NCBI GenBank assembly: GCA_041738135.1
Contig: JBGSQK010000020.1
Coordinates: forward strand, 18,082 to 82,081
Direction of reading: 5' to 3'
DNA length: 64,000 nucleotides
From: Alphaproteobacteria bacterium
GTDB lineage: Bacteria > Pseudomonadota > Alphaproteobacteria > JAGOMX01
In this document: positions 58,939 through 64,000 of the stretch, in pieces
Numbering within the stretch: position 1 is the first letter of the stretch
Layout: every line of letters begins with the position of its first letter
Position numbers and translations under genes: made by a program
Notes under the pieces: generated by a model
What the model was told of the DNA's origin: nothing
What the model saw: only the letters and a program-made list of their open reading frames with translations
Databases searched by the model: none

Positions 58939-61340
58939 GAGCGTAATTCACCACCAGTTGATATTCGAACTTGTTCAATAATCTTATTCGAAAGGGTTGT
59001 TAACATGTCGTCAGTTAGTGTGCCCTCTTTGGGTTCAATACGAACGGAAAGGGCTAATGATTTTTTACCCGCTTCGATGGTTTTTCCTTCGAAGACATCA
59101 AAAAGGCGTACCTCAGAAATCAGGATTTTGTCAGCTCTTTTTACAGCTGATAAAACATCCTGTGCAGGAGTTTCTTTGTTTACAAGAAACGCGAAATCCC
59201 GTTCAACCGCTTGATACGGCGATAGCTCTAGCTGTCCTTTGTTATTCTTAGGTATCGGCAGATCTTGCACGTACACCTCAAAACCAACTATTTTTGGATC
59301 GATGTTCATATCCGCAAGAATCTTTGGATGAAGCTCACCAAAGGCCGCCAGTTTGTTTTTAGGACCTTGCATGAAATAACCAGAACGACCCGGATGAAAA
59401 TACGCAGGACCTGGTGCAGCAACAGTCAAATTATCAACGGCTATGCCACAAGCTTGTAAAGTGGTTATTGCATCGGATTTGGCATCGAATAGATCCACAT
59501 CTCGAGGCTGTGCTGCCCAGTTGCGAGGACCGGTTTTGCCTGAGCGAACACCGGCAGCCACCAGCTTTTCACCATCTTTCGTAATATCCGAAAACTGTTT
59601 GCCAACCTCAAAGAGATTAACATTATGCAGCCCACGATCATGGTTTCTCTGCACCGCGTTGATCAAGTTAGGAAGCAAAGACGGCCTCATATCAGACAAT
59701 TCACTGCTGATTGGGTTGACGATCTTTAAGGCAGGATTGCCGCCGCCGAACATTTTCGTGGTTTCTTCATCGAGGAATGAAAGACTCATAGCCTCGTTGA
59801 GGCCTCTAGCGCACAAAGCCCTGCGAATCTGCCAGCCCCATTTTTGTCTGGCGCGAGCGCCTGGAGTGCTTTCAAAAGACTCTATGGTTGAGGCTGAAGG
59901 CAGTTCAGTGGTGGGAATATGATCATAGCCGTATATACGAATGACTTCTTCGATCAAGTCTGCTTCCAAAGTAATGTCATGCCGCCATGTGGGCGATGTG
60001 ATTTGCCATTGCTCACCGTCGCCTTTGATGATCATGCCAAGCGATTCTAGTATCTGCCTACATTTATCACTGGGCACATCCACGCCAATGAGATCTTTAA
60101 CGCGTTTTGGTCTGAAAGTCACAGTTGGCATTACCCTTGGAGGAAGGCCCACTGTAATCATTTCACTGGCTTCACCACCACAATGATCCAGGATAAACTG
60201 CGTCGCAATTTTTTGCGCCACAGGGATCATGTCTGCATCAACACCGCGCTCAAAACGATGGCGGGCATCGGTTAGGATGTTTAATTTACGGCCTGTTAGG
60301 GTAATGTTGATAGCATCAAATACTGCGCATTCCATGAACACATTTTGCGTCGTTTCTGTGCAACCGGAATCCATGCTACCGATAATGCCGCCGATAGCAT
60401 GGGCTGTGGTTTTGTCTGCAACAACGGTGATGCTTTCATCTAATTCATATTCTTCAGCATTAAGGGCAAGAACCTTTTCACCCTTCTTGGCTTGTCGAAT
60501 CAGCAGATCGCCATCCAGTTTGTCCGCATCAAATACGTGCATGGGACGACCAATGCCTTGAGACATATAATTTGTAATGTCAACCAAGGCTGAAATGGGG
60601 CGCAAGCCTACCGCACGGAGGCGCTTTTGCATCCATTCTGGGCTAGGGCTGTTTTTGAAGCCTTTGATATAAACACCCGTGAATAGCGTGCATACATTCT
60701 TTGATTCATCGGCAATAACAATGGTTTTAGGACTTTTAAAATTGGTCTTAATTTCCGGTACTTTTATCGGCTTTAAAGTCCCAATGCCTGTGGCCGCGAG
60801 ATCCCTTGCAAGACCATAGGCCCCAAGGCAATCGCCTCTGTTTGGTGTAATCTCCACATCAAGAATGGGATCATTAAGCTCAGCATACTTTGCATAAACC
60901 GCGCCCACAGGCGCATCACTAGGCAAATCCAATATACCTTTTTCCACGCCTGGTTCAGCAAGGCCAAGTTCTTCTGCAGAGCAAAGCATTCCTTGACTTT
61001 CTACACCTCTGATAGTGCCTAATTTGATTTTCATACCGTTGGTAGGTATGACAGAGTTGATGGGCGCAAGGACGGTTTTCATGTCGGTGCGAGCATTGAC
61101 ACCCGCACAAACTATTTGAAGAATTTCGGAACCAGTATCAACTTTACAAACCTTCAATCTATCTGCTTCAGGGTGTTTTTCAGCAGATATTACATGGACG
61201 ATTTTAAACTCTTCCATTCCCTTACTGCGATCGATAACATCATCGACCACCAAACCGAGCATGCTTAGCTGCTCGATGATGGCTTCATTAGAAGCCTTCG
61301 TGTCTAAATATTCCTTAATCCATGATAAAGTAATTTTCAT
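58935..61340 (-). CDS. pheT: Phenylalanine--tRNA ligase beta subunit
   Basis: An 801-aa ORF with an N-terminal tRNA-binding domain plus B3/B4 and B5 domains, immediately downstream of pheS. Confidence 0.85.
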   Translation of the reverse strand: MKITLSWIKEYLDTKASNEAIIEQLSMLGLVVDDVIDRSKGMEEFKIVHVISAEKHPEADRLKVCKVDTGSEILQIVCAGVNARTDMKTVLAPINSVIPTNGMKIKLGTIRGVESQGMLCSAEELGLAEPGVEKGILDLPSDAPVGAVYAKYAELNDPILDVEITPNRGDCLGAYGLARDLAATGIGTLKPIKVPEIKTNFKSPKTIVIADESKNVCTLFTGVYIKGFKNSPSPEWMQKRLRAVGLRPISALVDITNYMSQGIGRPMHVFDADKLDGDLLIRQAKKGEKVLALNAEEYELDESITVVADKTTAHAIGGIIGSMDSGCTETTQNVFMECAVFDAINITLTGRKLNILTDARHRFERGVDADMIPVAQKIATQFILDHCGGEASEMITVGLPPRVMPTVTFRPKRVKDLIGVDVPSDKCRQILESLGMIIKGDGEQWQITSPTWRHDITLEADLIEEVIRIYGYDHIPTTELPSASTIESFESTPGARARQKWGWQIRRALCARGLNEAMSLSFLDEETTKMFGGGNPALKIVNPISSELSDMRPSLLPNLINAVQRNHDRGLHNVNLFEVGKQFSDITKDGEKLVAAGVRSGKTGPRNWAAQPRDVDLFDAKSDAITTLQACGIAVDNLTVAAPGPAYFHPGRSGYFMQGPKNKLAAFGELHPKILADMNIDPKIVGFEVYVQDLPIPKNNKGQLELSPYQAVERDFAFLVNKETPAQDVLSAVKRADKILISEVRLFDVFEGKTIEAGKKSLALSVRIEPKEGTLTDDMLTTLSNKIIEQVRISTGGELRS

Positions 61341-61344
61341 GAGT

Positions 61345-62412
61345 CTAACCTTCTTGTGTGGTTAAGGCTTGAGTAAAGGGGAAACCGTGATGTTTCATCC
61401 AACGGGTATCGGAATCGTAAAACGACCGCAGGTCAGGTATACCGTATTTAAGCATGGCAGGACGTTCAATTCCCATGCCCCATGCAAAGCCCTGGTATTC
61501 ATCTGGATCTATGCCGCAGTTCTTAAGAACCTGGGGATGGACCATGCCGCAGCCCAAGATCTCCAGCCAGTCATCATTGCCGCCAATGGTCATTTTATCC
61601 TTGGTGCGTGTGCAACCAATATCCATTTCAGCACCAGGTTCAGTAAAAGGAAAGAAACCCGGTCTGAATCGAGCAGAGAGGTTTTTCACTTCAAAGAATC
61701 GTTCGCAAAATTCAACCAAACAGCCTTTCAAGTGGCCCATGTTGATGTTTTTATCGATGAGCAACCCTTCAATCTGATGGAAGTTGGGGGTATGTGTCGC
61801 ATCGGATTCATTACGATAAGTCCTGCCCGGCGCAATGATGCGTATGGGCGGCTTTGTGGTTTCCATGGTACGAATTTGGATGGGCGACGTTTGGGTGCGA
61901 AGCAGCATCTGCGTTCCATCGGGTGCCGGTGGCAGATAAAATGTATCTGCTTCTTGCCGGGATGGATGGGTCGGCGGAATGTTCAATGCTGTGAAGTTGT
62001 AATAGTCGTTTTCAATATCCGTACCATCCGCAACCGTAAAGCCCATGTCGCGGAAAATGGCGATGATTTCATAGAGAGCTTGCGTAAAAGGATGGATGCG
62101 CCCTTCGCTGATTTCACGAATGGGGAGACTTACGTCCACAGACTCGGTCTTCAATCGTTGGTTGATTTCCTCGTTTTCCAGCAACTGCTTACGCTCCTCT
62201 AGAGCTGTCACGATAGCTGTTCTGAGATCGTTATATTCTTGACCCTTAACACGGCGTTCTTCAGGATCCAAACTTCCCAAGGATTTCATTAGAACCGAAA
62301 TGCGGCCCTGCTTACCAAGTTCAGCCACACGCAATTCTTCCAATGACCTTAGATCTTGCGAGCTTTCCAGATTACTGAGAATCTCTTTCCTCAGCCCAAC
62401 CAAATTATCCAT
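61345..62412 (-). CDS. pheS: Phenylalanine--tRNA ligase alpha subunit
   Basis: Class-II aaRS motifs are present (FRPGFFPFTEPGAEMDI; GCGMVHPQVL; GFAWGMGIERPAM). Confidence 0.9.
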   Translation of the reverse strand: MDNLVGLRKEILSNLESSQDLRSLEELRVAELGKQGRISVLMKSLGSLDPEERRVKGQEYNDLRTAIVTALEERKQLLENEEINQRLKTESVDVSLPIREISEGRIHPFTQALYEIIAIFRDMGFTVADGTDIENDYYNFTALNIPPTHPSRQEADTFYLPPAPDGTQMLLRTQTSPIQIRTMETTKPPIRIIAPGRTYRNESDATHTPNFHQIEGLLIDKNINMGHLKGCLVEFCERFFEVKNLSARFRPGFFPFTEPGAEMDIGCTRTKDKMTIGGNDDWLEILGCGMVHPQVLKNCGIDPDEYQGFAWGMGIERPAMLKYGIPDLRSFYDSDTRWMKHHGFPFTQALTTQEG

Positions 62413-62485
62413 AGTTTCAAACTTTTTCTGTCAATGATATTTAACCCACTGAGACAGTTCTAGCAAAGAAAGGCAAAGGTTTCCA

Positions 62486-63574
62486 CTAGAATTCGTTTTT
62501 AAGTGAGAAAACGCCAACAACTTCCGCATGCTTGGACCAAAGGAATTGATCGACTGGGATGACGGTAGATATATGATATCCGCCTTGAATAAGAATCTTG
62601 GCGTCCCTGGCAAAGGTGATTGGATCGCACGAGACCATGACTACCACTGGAAGCTTTGACTGGGCGAGATTGCGTGATTGCCTTATAGCACCTGCTCTTG
62701 GAGGATTTATGACAGCAAAGTCATAACGGTCAAGCTCTTTAGGACATAAAGGATTTTCAAAGAGATTTCGCATTGCTGTGTTAATGGGTTTGTTATGTTT
62801 ATTTTTGGCTTTGTCTAAGGCGGATAAAGATTGAGAATCCAGTTCAAAAGCATCCACCTTAACATGTGCTGACAAAGGCAACGTGAATGTTCCCCGGCCA
62901 CAGAACAGGTCCACGGCACGTTTGACGCCCTGAGGCAGGGCTTTTAATACGAAGCCTGTCAGGATTTCATCGGATAGCTTGCTGGCTTGCATGAATCCTG
63001 CGCCATCACATTCAACGGGCACATTCCCATAGGTAATAAAGGGGGTGCGAAAAGTAATCACCGGCTCCATGTCATCCTTGCTTTTTAAGCTAACGCGAGC
63101 TAAATCGTGGGTCCGCGCCAATTCCACCAAGCATTCTGTTTGTTCAAAGGTTAGCGATTTCAGTCCTTCAAGAACCAGGTCTATGCCTGCATCACTATGA
63201 ACGATGAACAAATCCACTGTCTGCTTATGCTTCAAAATTTGCTTCAGGCATTGACGCAAAGGATTGAATAGCGCTTCAATTTCGGGAACAACTAGAGGGC
63301 AACAGCTGATATCCACAATGTTATGGCTTTTGCTTTCGTAATATCCTAAAAGACCCCTCCCCTGCACTAATTCTGCCTTTAAATTGCAACGCCGGCGATG
63401 ATGAGCAGGTATTAAAATGGGATCAGCCACGTGAATATCGCCAAGGCCAGCTTGTTCTAGCGCATCAACAACCAAAGCTTTTTTAAATTCGGCATAAGCT
63501 ACTGGCGCAAGGTGTTGCAGCATACAGCCACCACAAACTTCAAAGTGCGGACATAAGGGGCCTTCGAAAGGCAT
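62486..63574 (-). CDS. 23S rRNA (uracil-C5)-methyltransferase, RlmD/TrmA family
   Basis: It has the Fe-S cluster Cys motif (CPHFEVCGGCMLQHL), a SAM-binding fold (VDLFCGRGTFTLPL) and the catalytic region (FAVINPPRAG). Confidence 0.75.
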   Translation of the reverse strand: MPFEGPLCPHFEVCGGCMLQHLAPVAYAEFKKALVVDALEQAGLGDIHVADPILIPAHHRRRCNLKAELVQGRGLLGYYESKSHNIVDISCCPLVVPEIEALFNPLRQCLKQILKHKQTVDLFIVHSDAGIDLVLEGLKSLTFEQTECLVELARTHDLARVSLKSKDDMEPVITFRTPFITYGNVPVECDGAGFMQASKLSDEILTGFVLKALPQGVKRAVDLFCGRGTFTLPLSAHVKVDAFELDSQSLSALDKAKNKHNKPINTAMRNLFENPLCPKELDRYDFAVINPPRAGAIRQSRNLAQSKLPVVVMVSCDPITFARDAKILIQGGYHISTVIPVDQFLWSKHAEVVGVFSLKNEF

Positions 63575-63673
63575 GTTATTACTAATCTAAAACCATCCAA
63601 TTATTTGATTTTTTGCAAATGCAGATTTGGCGCACTATATCAAAAATCTAAATGACTGTGTACTCTTTTTAAT

Positions 63674-64000
63674 TTAAATATAGGGCTTTGAAACATAAGG
63701 CATCAATTCCCCGGCTTTCAATTTGGTTAAGTCTTTAGCGACCTCATGGGCCACCTTAGACAATACATTGTGACTCAAGTATTTACGTAATTCACCCAGA
63801 GTTTGCGGCGGAGCGACCAGCACAAGGCTGTCCATATCTGATAGACCATTATTCAAGTGGTTCGAAATTTTTCTAACAAAGTGTTCCTTCTCGTTTCGAT
63901 GGACGTCTGTGTGAGGAGCAAAAGAATGTGTGCCCGACATGACTTTTTTAATTCTACCAGGTTTTGCTGCACCCATGTCAAAATTATCTTTGGTTCCTCG
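63674..64000 (-). CDS. Hypothetical protein, C-terminal part (possibly host-attachment-protein-like family); the gene continues beyond the window end
   Basis: The ORF is open to the window edge. Its C-terminus is ...LVLVAPPQTLGELRKYLSHNVLSKVAHEVAKDLTKL. The family call is weak. Confidence 0.35.
   Translation of the reverse strand, partial: RGTKDNFDMGAAKPGRIKKVMSGTHSFAPHTDVHRNEKEHFVRKISNHLNNGLSDMDSLVLVAPPQTLGELRKYLSHNVLSKVAHEVAKDLTKLKAGELMPYVSKPYI

Overview
This 64 kb window appears to be an ordinary chromosomal segment of an alphaproteobacterium, possibly a host-associated one (inference). Alphaproteobacterial markers include an NDUFAF5-like methyltransferase, DUF465, an ELM1/DUF1022 homolog, an Hsp20 leader and abundant MITE-like palindromic elements. 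Housekeeping content: an Hsp20 gene, an HU gene and four tRNAs (Ser-GGA, Val-TAC, Asp-GTC, Arg-TCT). There is a complete branched-chain amino-acid ABC transporter operon on the minus strand, ordered livG-livF-livH-livM then livK. Further housekeeping genes are fadE, greA, ileS, a thioredoxin-reductase-like FNR, rocD-rocF (ornithine aminotransferase plus arginase), phrB, nadK, znuA, dps and a LysR regulator. The last third carries recJ-accA-xerD, aroK, a family-4 UDG, lpxD, mgtE, maeB, gpt, lepA, pheST and an rRNA methyltransferase. Accessory or unusual content: (i) at least 16 copies of MITE-like palindromic elements in several families, three of which share a CCCGTCAT terminal inverted repeat, sitting almost exclusively between genes; (ii) a diverged about 140 bp copy of the ileS 3' end lying 1.3 kb downstream of the intact ileS stop, bracketing a secreted hypothetical gene, which is the footprint of an integration that regenerated the gene end; next to it is a cluster comprising a patatin-like phospholipase lipoprotein and uncharacterised proteins, two of them secreted; (iii) a LuxI-fold acyl-homoserine-lactone-synthase-like gene with no LuxR partner, whose upstream region holds an inverted duplication of an HU/IHF N-terminal gene fragment; (iv) a promoter-driven structured leader or ncRNA candidate of about 330 nt; (v) two tandem paralogous outer-membrane beta-barrel proteins; (vi) a 980-aa cadherin-like/RTX-repeat exoprotein with no secretion genes nearby. 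No rRNA, CRISPR array or prophage is evident.
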